Notes: generated from the sequence alone by a model not told the origin. Numbered from the stretch's first letter, positions 53,801-63,523 are shown. The stretch: 64,000 nucleotides of DNA from Candidatus Poseidoniales archaeon (GCA_038144595.1 JAYQOB010000003.1:1949-65948); one strand, 5' to 3'. Numbers and translations are program-made.

Positions 53801-55465
53801 GACCAGCGCACCTTGGGGCGAGGGTCGTTGCGCAATTTCTTCGAGGTATTCACGCACCATGACGGCGGCACCGGCGGCGTTGGGCGTCGCCATGGAGGTG
53901 CCCGTGTATTCGAGGTAGTACGTGTTGCTCCACGTTGCACCACCGGTGTCAGCGGCTTCTTGGGCCCGGCACGACCGGACATAACCGCCGGGGGCAACAA
54001 GGTCAGGCTTGATACGACCGTCCTCGGTAGGCCCGCGGGACGAGCCGCTCATCATGACATCCGGGGCGTTGTTGTAGCGATTCTTGTGGTTGCCAACGGA
54101 AATGACGTTCTTGGCGGTGGCGGGCGGCGAGACCGTGCTGCTGCCCGGCCCGTCGTTGCCTGCTGCGAACAGGATGGTCAGACCTTGAACGCCGTTGTAA
54201 TAGCGGTCGTAGTAGTTGGCTCGGTCGTCGACGTCCTCGGTTTCCGAGTTGTACTTGGATTGTTCACTGGCAGCGGACGAACCCCACGAATTGGTGTGTG
54301 TTCGTGCGCCGGCGTTGTACGCCGTGTTCAGCAGGTTGTTGAGGGAAGGCGACTGGAAATTGCCGGTGTTGTCGTTTTCCATTGCTTGGAAGTAAAGATC
54401 TGCGGCTTGGGCCACGCCGCCGTAGCCACCTCGGAATCCATCACCCAGGACGGTGCAGGCCACGTGCGTGCCGTGCCCGGAGTGCTTGTCGGCGGTGGAA
54501 CCGTCGCCGATGACGTCGTAATTCCCTACGACTCGGGTACCAAAATCACCGTGGTCTTCGTCAAGACCTGCATCCGCCACGGCCACGGTTTGACCCGAAC
54601 CATCCAGGTCCGTGGTGAAGTAGGTCGTCATGGTGTTCGTGCCCATGTGCCCGCGGGACTGGTCGTTGAAGGCGCTGAAGGCAGGGTCGGGCCGAAGCTG
54701 CATGAGCGACGGCTGGCGAAGCAAGGTGGGGAGGTCCGTCGTCGTCAGCACCCCTTCGTACCGGCCATCGTCCCATGCGTGCGGGTCGTCCATGACCTGG
54801 CGAGCCACTTCACCGAGACGTTGCTCGAGCAGGACCCCCGCATCGTCGGTCAGCATGACCGTTTCAACGGGGCCGGCATCGTCTCGCCAACCGTCCAAAC
54901 GAAGCAAGGTGTTCTTGAGCGCGGCTTCCCCGTCCGAGAGAAGCGCAAGGTCCAGCAGGTCGTTGTGCAGGAACATGGCAAGGGGCACGGCGTGGCTGGT
55001 CGCAATCCCCGGGTGGCGTTCGGCCTCTTGGAGGGCGAAAGGCGTGCCTTGGACCATCAGGCCCGAGGGTGAAACAAACTCGCGAACCGCCAGACCGGGT
55101 TGCTGGTCCAGTTCATCACGCACGTCGTGAAGGCGCATGTCGTTGGACACGATGAGCATCAGCACGTCGAAGCGTGGCTCGAGCAAGGTCTCAGGCACCG
55201 GCCGGTCCAAGGTGAAGCCGAGGTGGTCGAACACACCGATGGGCGTTCGTGCCATCTGTTCTCGATGTTCCGAAGCAAGGTTGGTGTCCATGATGCCCTG
55301 GGCGTCGCGGTAGACGTCTTCGCGAACATCGAAACGAACCCATTCCGGATTGAACGTCTCAACCTCATTCGATTGATGGGTTGGGAGAAGGAGTGAACTC
55401 GTGGTGGAAAACAGGAGGAGAACGACAAACACGCCTGCACTGAGGCGGTTGGAAACTCCAGCCAT
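50849..55465 (-). CDS. giant membrane-anchored subtilisin-like serine protease (peptidase S8) with P-domain-like and multiple CARDB/Ig-like domains, a C-terminal TM and a cytoplasmic zinc-ribbon tail
   Basis: Signal peptide MAGVSNRLSAGVFVVLLLFSTTSS. Catalytic triad contexts VAVADAGLD, HSGHGTHVACTV and YTGTSMATPNAAGAA, with oxyanion NSWG. TM is LAIALLGAILLVAFAFLGVQVL. The tail carries CWTC..CPSC and C..CVNC. Confidence 0.85.
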   Translation of the reverse strand: MAGVSNRLSAGVFVVLLLFSTTSSLLLPTHQSNEVETFNPEWVRFDVREDVYRDAQGIMDTNLASEHREQMARTPIGVFDHLGFTLDRPVPETLLEPRFDVLMLIVSNDMRLHDVRDELDQQPGLAVREFVSPSGLMVQGTPFALQEAERHPGIATSHAVPLAMFLHNDLLDLALLSDGEAALKNTLLRLDGWRDDAGPVETVMLTDDAGVLLEQRLGEVARQVMDDPHAWDDGRYEGVLTTTDLPTLLRQPSLMQLRPDPAFSAFNDQSRGHMGTNTMTTYFTTDLDGSGQTVAVADAGLDEDHGDFGTRVVGNYDVIGDGSTADKHSGHGTHVACTVLGDGFRGGYGGVAQAADLYFQAMENDNTGNFQSPSLNNLLNTAYNAGARTHTNSWGSSAASEQSKYNSETEDVDDRANYYDRYYNGVQGLTILFAAGNDGPGSSTVSPPATAKNVISVGNHKNRYNNAPDVMMSGSSRGPTEDGRIKPDLVAPGGYVRSCRAQEAADTGGATWSNTYYLEYTGTSMATPNAAGAAVMVREYLEEIAQRPSPQGALVKALLVLGAQDMGARDIPNDDEGWGRVNLRNSLAPPGGQGIWVDDRSVMSGTGNSKSYAFNVSQSSGMFKAVLTWSDERGSRFSSAQLVNDLDLEVTAPDGTVYLGNDFANGRSATGGTRDSVNNLEVVLIDNAAQGTWTVKVKDAQHSGGKTQPYAVAVLGHGVNDLRPDPKVVPEDFQMDVAIPQVDDPVQLTTSFFNFGNVKAEVFPIAFEVDGTELSRKTIELGAGSSKVLVWPWTPQSAGTSTLSFIIDPDDNMEEIREDNNRLDVQVNITAPGVKLQTATPVQTLSSSTITTTSWNVSLTNTALIPTNASMQTGEVLHVESGQTMPWYIGSTESNFSMEGQATESIIVTLVHPDPPAPGTYRVDLLALDVDNGVDYPLNLDLIVPDLPDADVAFDYQVVPVHPSDPTNITVRFYNNGNAPIGYDLFLEAPAGWQAGFTNLGSEAGASSGSTGLINSEAFRAVGLMFTPPQVMTAAGAERVVKLTAVSQTENAELKVFDIPIQVMTVEEVYVNIESNLGTLRPDSSLTLRYSLEHKGNVDLDLTPSFELPGGWSVATALEVVDLPWATSKNLLYTLEAGTNARSGTIKLHLDNGSSRFTWTGELNVEALAEPTLTFVSLELQDGTTFPNPQGTGTHPSGENLKFTWLLGNGADTEWSPSASLRLDSGLFGDCTPVASVGKGEVVPVVCNVVIDGEMAPMSEPSFTVVLNDAGVEQSTTVGLLVAVNEQVAWDLGAVPLFTTGQERQITLEITNTGNTPLQRQLLVDAPSAWSASVDGTDIVNLDLGQSVLVRLDVRADSPGEASISLELAQSTASTASFAFTVSSTGEPVGTSGESGLNTPLAIALLGAILLVAFAFLGVQVLRGKDEPSGPQAMPGVLPMPLPGAAPAAQPAADALVSPAMTVPSTTVPAPQATTPAPAVQSTPPPMCWTCRQPVTTAMVGCPSCGARYHADGFNGCSAQAIPACVNCQAPASSFVQA

Positions 55466-55521
55466 GGTTCAGCCTCAGGCTCCTGTCCTTTATCGGTTCG
55501 GTCTTGATGTCCAAACAGGAT

Positions 55522-56118
55522 TCAATCGAGGGGCCAGACATGACGCTCGGCCTTGTCCATGAGAATCTCTTGCGACCATTCACCCACTTGGTGGACGAAC
55601 GTGTCCGGCTGACGAAGCTGGCCGGTGTAATCGCGGTACTCGAGGTCAATGATGAGGTTGTATTCATCCCAGACCGTGTAGCCAACGACCATCATTTCCA
55701 AGTCGTCGCCTGAGATGGACGAGTGGCTTTCCAAGAGGTCCAATTCCAAGGACATGCTGTCGATGAGCGTCCCGTCCAGCGTTTGGAATTCAATCTCAAG
55801 GACGACATCGGTGATGGCTCGGCTGCCATCGTTGTGAAGTTCAGCCATCATCAAATGGCCACCGCGTTGCATGTAGTGTGTTTCAACGGTCACCGAATCT
55901 CGCGGAAGCACCCAGTACCATCCGCTGACGGCGAGCGTGATGAGCATGAACAACACGGCACCCGCCATGGCCACACGGGCGGGTGTGATTTCTCGCTTGA
56001 GGGTGGTCAAAATTTTGGCCGCTTCCTGTGCGGCCTCCCAGTCATCAAGTTCCTGCCCCTCGAGCGGGGAGCCGCCCTGACGCAGATCTTCAGCCGTTGG
56101 TTCAACCATGTTGATCAC
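55522..56118 (-). CDS. hypothetical single-pass membrane protein
   Basis: 198 aa. Acidic N-terminus, TM AMAGAVLFMLITLAVSGWYWVL, then a roughly 120-aa ectodomain. GTG at 56118 overlaps the stop of the upstream giant gene (GTGA); alternative ATG at 56109. Confidence 0.5.
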   Translation of the reverse strand: MINMVEPTAEDLRQGGSPLEGQELDDWEAAQEAAKILTTLKREITPARVAMAGAVLFMLITLAVSGWYWVLPRDSVTVETHYMQRGGHLMMAELHNDGSRAITDVVLEIEFQTLDGTLIDSMSLELDLLESHSSISGDDLEMMVVGYTVWDEYNLIIDLEYRDYTGQLRQPDTFVHQVGEWSQEILMDKAERHVWPLD

Positions 56119-59100
56119 CCGAAAATCATGGCCAAACCGCTGGCAAACGCAGAACTGATGGGGTCGATGACCATGATGTGGCGGGTTTCAACGAACTCAC
56201 CTGTCAGCGAACCCACCAAGGAGAGGTCGGTCACGATGCCGTTGACACCAATGGATGAAGCCGTGGGCACGATGCCCGTAAACTGCGCATCGAGCAACAC
56301 GGCTCGGCCTTCCAGTTGGTAGTCGCCGAAGACGGGGTAAAGCCAGGGCTCAACCAGCCCCGGTTGAACGTAGGCCTCGGCCGTGGCGACCAAGCGTCCA
56401 TCGGTGATGTCGTCGATGATGATGAGCGGATAGTCCTCTGGCCCCGAGTAAATGTGAATGGTGGCGCCCTTGAGGTTTTGGCCAACAAACTCAACCCGTT
56501 CAATGATCACGCCCGGCGTCGCAGGAACATCGGTTTGTCGCACGTAGACCCGCTTGACACCCGAGCCCGAAGATTCGACGCGCATGCCAAAGTCATCGGT
56601 CAGCTCGAGAACGAACCGTGTTGGAAGGTCCTCTGCTAGCATCAGCACGTCGCCTTTCGCCTCGATGGCCCGGCCGCTGGCCTCGAGGTAGAGGTCCATG
56701 TCATCGGTGTTCGAAGCGTAGTCCAGCGTTCGCATCCCTTGGAACGCCGTTTGTTCACGGATGTTGAACCGCGTATCGGGCTCGGTGGCAAGGTGCATTT
56801 CACCGGGCAGATCTCGCATGAACGCCGTGGAGGGGTACCAGAAACCGTCGACGTACCGCAGTTGCTTGAGCATCACCGAATCAGCCGAGTGTCCGTTGAT
56901 ACGATGGATTTCAGGGACCACCAAGTCAAGCACCAAGACGTCACCAATGACCGCCGAGACATCGGTGGATTGAGGGATACCGACGACCAACGCCTCGACG
57001 CGTGTGAGCGCGTTGTTGTCAATGAGAATGGCATGAGCGGACTTCAAGCGAACACCGGCGTCATAGAACATGTCCACCGAGACACGGGGAACGGTGAGGT
57101 TCTCTTGTGTTGAAAACAGGGCGTTGACCTCAACGTTGCGAGGCATTGTGGTGTCAAGGCCGTCGATGAACAACTCAACGTCCTGGCCGTCCAACCCGTT
57201 GGCGATGATGGTGATTTGAGGGTACTTCGGTTGCCACTGCGACATCTTGAGATCGATTTCGTAGGTCGGTACGCCCGCCAGCATTCGGAAATCGTAGACG
57301 AGTTCAATTTCGCCGGCCGGGAGCGAGGGTAACCACGCCCGCAAGTGCCACGCTCGCATGTCTTGAAGGGTCAAGCCTTCTTCCTCGAGTTGAACGAGGT
57401 TCATGCTCGCCGCCTCCTCATCAGAGACCCGTCCGTCTTCCATCGCATCAACGAGCGAGACGGCTTCGGTGATGTTGATGGCCTCCAGAATGGTGATGGC
57501 TTCGACACGCTCGGTCACGTCGATACGCCCGTCGGCCAGGATGGCTTCCATGGGACCACGTGTGGTTGCCGTAAAGGCAGGCATCCGAGACAGGTTGGCC
57601 TCAAGGCGGGTCTGTTCCAGCGCTTCCATGCCCAGACCGTGCATCCAATCGGGTGAGGCTTCCAAGTTCGAGCCCTTCTTCAGGTCCACCGTCATGTTGA
57701 ACGCTTCACCGGTGAACAGGTTCAGCCCGAGGCTCATGTTCTCGCTTTCACCGATTTCACCGCCGACGTTCACCGTGAGGGCGTGAACGAAATCGTTGAC
57801 CACGCTGCCAAAGTCAACCAGGTCGCCGAGGAAGAACGAGAGGCCTTCTATGCCTTCTTCCTCGCCAAAGGTGGGCAGTTCAAGCCCGTCGGAATCGACA
57901 TCGGAGGGCAGGGTGAGGGAAATGTTGGCCGGAAGCGGGTCAAAGTACACGTCGCCGTTGAGGCCCATGAAGGGGTTCTCGTGGGTGGATTGATCTTCAA
58001 ACGACACGCTGAACGGTGATGAAGAGCTGCGAACCAGTCGTACCTCGGAGTTACCCTCTGGTCCGGTTGAACCCGGCACAAGCGGACTCAGACGTTCGAT
58101 GGAGGTGATGTCGGACAGTTTCAGGCTGAGACTGGCCTCGGCGGTGTCCTCGTCCACCCAAAACCGCATGTGGTCGCCGTCCATGGTCAACGGTACGGTG
58201 GCGTTGGTCATCTGCACCTGAATGCTCTCCATCGGCCCGTCGGCGACATACCCCACCGTGTCGCCCAACACCAAAGTGAACGATGCAGGGAGGCCTGACA
58301 GTCGGATGGCGTTGCGCTGTTCACCGGACTGGCCGCCGTAGGTGATGGTGCCAATGGGCTCACTCGCCTCGTATTCGAGTGATTCTGCCCGCTGAAGGAT
58401 GTTGAACTGGGCAGGTCGATTCGAGACCATGGCCGACTGCTTGATGGCGCTGACCATATCGCCCTCCGTGTGCTTGATGTGACCGATGAGTAACGAGCCG
58501 CTGGCCGAGCCATCGAGTTGCATGTCGCGCACTTCGTTGATGGGGTCGAAGTCGTGACGAACATGGGAAATGCCGCCGATTCGCATGCTCATCGCCACGG
58601 GAACGAGCGGTTCAACCGGACCGAGGCGTCCGTCGACGATGGCGATGCTGGTGTCTTCAGATAGCAGGATGTGGTCCATGTCGGGCAACCAAGGTTGGGG
58701 GCTGCTGGCCAGGGCGAATCGCATGAACGTGATCTCCATCGCCTCGCGGTTGCTGTCAGGCAGGCTCTTCTTGACCTGGTTGTAGCACTGAATGTCAATG
58801 ACGCCACCCGTCGAACCTGCCGTGCCCACCACGGCGGTTGGCAAACCGTTGAGAATGGCCCCGATGTCAAGGACGATTTCAACCACCGTGAGCAGGGCGT
58901 TGTCGAAAATTTGGGCGATGGTGTTGAGGTTCGGATTGTCGAAATTCACACGGTTGATGCCGGTCGAGGAGAGCAAAAAGCTGCCTTGAATCACGATGAC
59001 ACGAGGAAGGTCCTCCATCTCAACGAGCATGGACGAACTGTCACCCGAATACCCGCCTCGCTTGAAGGTCGAGGCGTAGTTGAATTCCTTGATGGACGAG

Positions 59101-60803
59101 GTCCCAGCGATCAGCAGCATGGTGTTGGGTGGTTCAGCAGGATTGATGGGGAGCGTGGAGTCGTCAACGTTGTTGGTGTTGTCGGCTGAGAAATTCTTGA
59201 TGGCGATCATGAGCGACAAGCGGTCGGGAATTTGACCCGGCAGGTTCAGTGAATCCGGGGCTTCGCCCATCATGGTGAAGATGGCGGCGATTTCATCATC
59301 GTGAAGCGACCCGGAAGGAAGGCCGCGAATCCACAAACGAGAGTCGGTGATGTTGCCAAACGGGCTGTCCCCTTCCGGGACGTTGGAGCGGTCCTCGAAG
59401 TAGTGAATGTAGACATCCGTACCAACATCAGAATAGATTTCGATGGTGTCGAAACTGTTGTCGCCGAGGTTGTCGTTGCGCAGCGTCAAATCAACCTCGC
59501 TGGGGATGATGGTGCTCCCCTCTTCGGGGTGGAAACCGACGTCGAGGTAGGCGTATTCCAGAATGTCCACGGATTGGTCGGGCTTCACCTCGTCAAAGTG
59601 GACGTAGCCCACGCCGATGCCGATGCCACACTTGTGTTCTCGGCTGGCCGCCTCGTAGTCCGTGGCTGGGTCGTAGTTGAGGGTCTCGCTGCAGTCGGTT
59701 TGGTCGCTGCTTCCCGGAGCGTTAGGATTGCTCAGGCGGACGGCGTAAGGGGCCGTGATGCCGGTCAAAGAGAGGTCGCTGGAGTTGACGTTGCCCAGCA
59801 GGAGGGACGCGATAAAATCTTGCGGGAACGTAATCGCACTGGTGATGTCAAAGGAAATTCGCTCAATTCCAACGCCCAACGTCACGTCTGACGGTGGCTG
59901 GGTAAACCGCGTGTCCACCACGATGGCATAGGATTCCGAGTTCGACAGGGTGATGTCAAAGGCCAAACCCTTCATCAGCGAAACTTCGAGATGTTCAAGT
60001 TCATTCCAGAGTGGGTCGTTGATGTTCAAGGCACTCACAGCCCACTGGAAGGTCGGCCGAATCCACAACTCGGTGGGTACGCCGGGTGCGCCGGGAATGG
60101 GGTTGTCCGAGGTTTCAATGCCAAAACCCTCGCCGAGCGTGGTCAATCCTTCGAGGGTCAGTGCGACGGAAAGATCATCGGAACCGTCTCCGTCAATGTC
60201 GATGTAATTCTCAAACAGCACCAGGTCGGTGCCGACGAGCAGTTCGCCGGTGAAGGTGCCTTTATCCCAGGCTTCGTAGGACGGGCCGTTGTTGCGAGAG
60301 GAGAAGTTGACGTAGACCGCGTAGGTGTTGATGCCAATGCCCAACAGGTTGTCAAGCCCCAAGTTTTCGACCGAGAACAGCGTTTGCCAGAGGTTGTAGG
60401 GCCATGCATCAGGGTGGGTCGCCACGTCGGTGAGGAATTCGTACGGTCGGGGGTGATCTTCCTCAAACGGCGATGTATCGCGTAGTTCGACCTGGTTGAG
60501 CACGTTCTCAGCGTCGGCCAACGCATCACCGGACTGAACCGGGCGCTTGCTGGCGTCGACCAATGCAAAGGCGGACTGTGCCCCTTGAATGGCCACGAGC
60601 GACTCCCCCTCAGCCGCACGGTCCTCAAGCGTCGCGGCAAAGGCATCGAGCACGCCAAAGTCATCGCGGGCGACGGTGACGTTGCCGGACACGGGCTGCA
60701 TCATGGAGAGCAGCATCACGCTCACGAGGAAAACCGCCATTCGCCCTCGACGGTTGGGCTGTGGAAGCCCGACGCGCAAGAGACGGAGCGCTGGCTCATC
60801 CAT
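56115..60803 (-). CDS. giant (1562-aa) secreted hypothetical protein, no recognisable catalytic or named domain
   Basis: Uninterrupted 4.7-kb ORF. GAGGTGA lies 4 nt upstream of the ATG at 60803. N-terminus ...PNRRGRMAVFLVSVMLLSMMQPVSG (signal peptide, possible twin-Arg). A DIDGDGSDD calcium-type loop is present. Short hydrophobic C-terminus ISSAFASGLAMIFG. Confidence 0.6.
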   Translation of the reverse strand: MDEPALRLLRVGLPQPNRRGRMAVFLVSVMLLSMMQPVSGNVTVARDDFGVLDAFAATLEDRAAEGESLVAIQGAQSAFALVDASKRPVQSGDALADAENVLNQVELRDTSPFEEDHPRPYEFLTDVATHPDAWPYNLWQTLFSVENLGLDNLLGIGINTYAVYVNFSSRNNGPSYEAWDKGTFTGELLVGTDLVLFENYIDIDGDGSDDLSVALTLEGLTTLGEGFGIETSDNPIPGAPGVPTELWIRPTFQWAVSALNINDPLWNELEHLEVSLMKGLAFDITLSNSESYAIVVDTRFTQPPSDVTLGVGIERISFDITSAITFPQDFIASLLLGNVNSSDLSLTGITAPYAVRLSNPNAPGSSDQTDCSETLNYDPATDYEAASREHKCGIGIGVGYVHFDEVKPDQSVDILEYAYLDVGFHPEEGSTIIPSEVDLTLRNDNLGDNSFDTIEIYSDVGTDVYIHYFEDRSNVPEGDSPFGNITDSRLWIRGLPSGSLHDDEIAAIFTMMGEAPDSLNLPGQIPDRLSLMIAIKNFSADNTNNVDDSTLPINPAEPPNTMLLIAGTSSIKEFNYASTFKRGGYSGDSSSMLVEMEDLPRVIVIQGSFLLSSTGINRVNFDNPNLNTIAQIFDNALLTVVEIVLDIGAILNGLPTAVVGTAGSTGGVIDIQCYNQVKKSLPDSNREAMEITFMRFALASSPQPWLPDMDHILLSEDTSIAIVDGRLGPVEPLVPVAMSMRIGGISHVRHDFDPINEVRDMQLDGSASGSLLIGHIKHTEGDMVSAIKQSAMVSNRPAQFNILQRAESLEYEASEPIGTITYGGQSGEQRNAIRLSGLPASFTLVLGDTVGYVADGPMESIQVQMTNATVPLTMDGDHMRFWVDEDTAEASLSLKLSDITSIERLSPLVPGSTGPEGNSEVRLVRSSSSPFSVSFEDQSTHENPFMGLNGDVYFDPLPANISLTLPSDVDSDGLELPTFGEEEGIEGLSFFLGDLVDFGSVVNDFVHALTVNVGGEIGESENMSLGLNLFTGEAFNMTVDLKKGSNLEASPDWMHGLGMEALEQTRLEANLSRMPAFTATTRGPMEAILADGRIDVTERVEAITILEAINITEAVSLVDAMEDGRVSDEEAASMNLVQLEEEGLTLQDMRAWHLRAWLPSLPAGEIELVYDFRMLAGVPTYEIDLKMSQWQPKYPQITIIANGLDGQDVELFIDGLDTTMPRNVEVNALFSTQENLTVPRVSVDMFYDAGVRLKSAHAILIDNNALTRVEALVVGIPQSTDVSAVIGDVLVLDLVVPEIHRINGHSADSVMLKQLRYVDGFWYPSTAFMRDLPGEMHLATEPDTRFNIREQTAFQGMRTLDYASNTDDMDLYLEASGRAIEAKGDVLMLAEDLPTRFVLELTDDFGMRVESSGSGVKRVYVRQTDVPATPGVIIERVEFVGQNLKGATIHIYSGPEDYPLIIIDDITDGRLVATAEAYVQPGLVEPWLYPVFGDYQLEGRAVLLDAQFTGIVPTASSIGVNGIVTDLSLVGSLTGEFVETRHIMVIDPISSAFASGLAMIFG

Positions 60804-60876
60804 GCCTTCACCTCAAGGCTCCTCCTTTGAGAAGCATTCGCCGTTCTGCCTCGCAATTCGGAGGTTCGTTCACCGT

Positions 60877-63522
60877 TCAAGTGGACAGGGTGACGGTTTG
60901 GTCAACGCCACAAGCCGGACAAGCGACCAACGCCTTGGTCAATCCCGCGGGGAGGTCAATCTCGAACACTGCACTGCAGGACGTGCAGGTGTGGCGCACC
61001 ACGGTGGGCGCCGGAGGTGCAGGCGGCGTGGGTGCCGTGGGTTGGGCAACCGTCGTTGACGGCTCGGGGAGGGCCACTGCAGCTCCAGCGGTTGGCGATG
61101 GAGATGCGGCGGGTTGGGCGACGGGCGTCGGTGAAGAGACCTCAGCCACCGCCAATGGTGTTTCATGGAGCGCCACGTGGGAAGGTAGCGCAACGCTCGT
61201 CAACGGTTCAGCAGCTGACGGCGTGGAAACGGCCGGTTGGGCAACGGACGGCGAGGCAGGCACCGCAACGGCGGCAGCCCCTGCAATGTCTTCCACGAGG
61301 CTGTCAAGGGGGTCGCCGCCAGCCACCGGGGCTTCGTCGCCGCTCAGCAACGCAGCGGCTTCGGCGGCAGCTTGGCTGCTGGCTTGGGAGAGCGGTTGTT
61401 GGGTGTAGGCCGGGGGTGCGAAGCCTGCGTTGGGGTCCACGCTGGCCGGCGTGCCGTAGATGGCCTCCATTTCGGCTTGGGCTTCGGCGGCTTGACGCTC
61501 CTCGGTGGAGACCACGTCCACACCCACGTCAAGACCAGCGTGTGCCTCGGCAGGGGCGAACAAGCCGACCTTGTGTTGTTGGGCCACCTTCGCCATGTGG
61601 GCGCGTGCCTCTTCGGCGTTGAGGCCTCGCTGAATCAAGAGGTTGAAGCCCCTGTTTCGCTGAAACGAGCGGAAGCCGACCAGTCCGGCGACCACCACCA
61701 CGGTGAGAACACCAACCATCAGCGCTCCCGTTGCCAACGGCGGTGTTTCGGTTGGCGTGGCCTTCACGTTCACCGAGAAGGCATGGGTGGCTGAATTGTT
61801 GGAAGCGTCAAACACCGTGATGACGATCTCTTGAAGGCCGGCTTGGTCAAACGAAAGCGTGGGGTTGGGGCCGACGAGGTCCGGGTCGTCCCGCGCGTCT
61901 CCGTTTCCATCGGTGTCTTTGTTTGGCTGAAGGTCCCAATGAACGCGCAACGCAGTGAGGCCGTCGTAATCGTCATCCACGGCCACCTCAAACGTCAGTT
62001 CGTCACCCTCGTTGGCCTTGGTGGGGAACAGGTCGAGGTAACCCTCCTCGAAGTACGGCACCGAAGGGTCGACCGAGGTGATGATGGCGGACGTGTTGGC
62101 TGCATTGCCGCTGGCATCGTTGACCGTTAATGTAACCTCGTAGGTTCGAACGCTGTCGGGATTCAGGGTCAACGTGCTGGCGTTGGGCGTGGTTTGCCCG
62201 TCAACCGTCCAGTCGCACGATGCCACCGCATGGTCGTCGGAGCTGGAAGCGCAGTTGAGGACGATAGCGTTGTTGACGTTCACGCGCCAACCATTTGCTA
62301 CAGAAACACCACCGTCGGATTGAATTCGCGGGACTGGAGGGGCGATATCGTTGACGGTCACGATTGTGTAAGTGGTGGAGGCTTGTTGTCCGGATGGAGC
62401 GGTCATGGCCACGGTGATCGTCTTCTCACCGGGCACATCCCAACTCGCGTCCACCTTGAGGCCTGAGGCGTCGTTGTCGTTGGTTGGATTTCCGTCGCTG
62501 TTGGCGTCCACGCTGGCGTCAAGATCCCACACGAACGTACCTTGTTGGCCCAGTCGGTTGGGCGTGGAGGAGGCATCGAGTTCAATCGTTTCACCAAGGG
62601 CAACGCTTCCCATCCCGTCGTCGGCCACGGTCGGCGTCAAAGGAGGGTCCAATTCCAATCGAACCGTCATGCGCAAGGCCTCCGTTCCGTTCCCCCCTCC
62701 CAAGGGAGCATCGGTGTTGTCCACGACCAGCAGCAATTCTTCACCCTCAAGCGTGGACGGCACCTGCCAGGTCAGCGATTGCGGAGATTCAACCGCCTGA
62801 AGGGCGCCGCCATCGATGAACTGCACGCCGATGCCACCGGATTGATAGCGGTCGTGCATCGTTCGGGTTTGCAGGTAAACATCACCGACGAAACTCAGAT
62901 CCCACGCCGAAACCACCACGGTCGTTCCGGCGTCCAGGCGGAGGTCGTCGCCGGACAGGAGCACTTCGAAGCCACCTGCTTCCACGCTCAGCAGGTCGTG
63001 GTAAGGCGTCCAGTACGCCTCGTTGAGCCGCTCAACCGAGGCGGAGACGGTGCTTCGCAAACCGCCTTGGTCGCCCTGGCCGGCATCGCCGTCGTGAGCC
63101 GTGTTGTCGAGCACCATGTACCAGCGCTTGGCGGCGATGGAGGGTGGCACCTTCCAGTGGAATTCATACGCGCCCAGCGCCGATTCGGTGCTGGCTGGCT
63201 GGGCCATCAGTGACCGGTACGACTGGCCCAATTCGTAGGGTTGGATGCTGTTCTCATCAAAGAACAGGAGGTCAATCGCATCGTCCACGACGATGATGCT
63301 CAGGTCGTAGACGTCGCCCGGCGTCAACACCCCGAGGTCAACGATGACGCAAACGTCCGGGTCGATGGCCAGTGAGGGCGGAAGGGAGGCTGCGCTTTGG
63401 GTCAGGCATTCAGGTGCCGCTCGACCAGCATCACCCTGAACGCTGCGCGGGGCGGCCATGAGGAGAAGGGCCAATCCCATCGCCACGTGCCAACGCATAA
63501 CCTCTCCATCTCCACGGTTCAT
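60877..63522 (-). CDS. PKD/Ig-like repeat surface protein with a TM, a long Ala/Pro-rich cytoplasmic tail and a C-terminal zinc ribbon
   Basis: Signal peptide MRWHVAMGLALLLMAAPRSVQG (ATG at 63498 or 63522). PKD-like units (YEVTLTVNDASGNAANTSAIITSVD; EIVITVFDASNNSATHAFSVNVKA). TM is GALMVGVLTVVVVAGLVGF. The C terminus is HTCTSCSAVFEIDLPAGLTKALVACPACGVDQ. Confidence 0.7.
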   Translation of the reverse strand: MNRGDGEVMRWHVAMGLALLLMAAPRSVQGDAGRAAPECLTQSAASLPPSLAIDPDVCVIVDLGVLTPGDVYDLSIIVVDDAIDLLFFDENSIQPYELGQSYRSLMAQPASTESALGAYEFHWKVPPSIAAKRWYMVLDNTAHDGDAGQGDQGGLRSTVSASVERLNEAYWTPYHDLLSVEAGGFEVLLSGDDLRLDAGTTVVVSAWDLSFVGDVYLQTRTMHDRYQSGGIGVQFIDGGALQAVESPQSLTWQVPSTLEGEELLLVVDNTDAPLGGGNGTEALRMTVRLELDPPLTPTVADDGMGSVALGETIELDASSTPNRLGQQGTFVWDLDASVDANSDGNPTNDNDASGLKVDASWDVPGEKTITVAMTAPSGQQASTTYTIVTVNDIAPPVPRIQSDGGVSVANGWRVNVNNAIVLNCASSSDDHAVASCDWTVDGQTTPNASTLTLNPDSVRTYEVTLTVNDASGNAANTSAIITSVDPSVPYFEEGYLDLFPTKANEGDELTFEVAVDDDYDGLTALRVHWDLQPNKDTDGNGDARDDPDLVGPNPTLSFDQAGLQEIVITVFDASNNSATHAFSVNVKATPTETPPLATGALMVGVLTVVVVAGLVGFRSFQRNRGFNLLIQRGLNAEEARAHMAKVAQQHKVGLFAPAEAHAGLDVGVDVVSTEERQAAEAQAEMEAIYGTPASVDPNAGFAPPAYTQQPLSQASSQAAAEAAALLSGDEAPVAGGDPLDSLVEDIAGAAAVAVPASPSVAQPAVSTPSAAEPLTSVALPSHVALHETPLAVAEVSSPTPVAQPAASPSPTAGAAVALPEPSTTVAQPTAPTPPAPPAPTVVRHTCTSCSAVFEIDLPAGLTKALVACPACGVDQTVTLST

Positions 63523-63523
63523 T

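Noticed and set aside
53543-55072. 509-aa plus-strand ORF inside the subtilase region
   Set aside because: It is antisense to the S8 protease gene, whose catalytic D/H/S motifs are clear on the minus strand.
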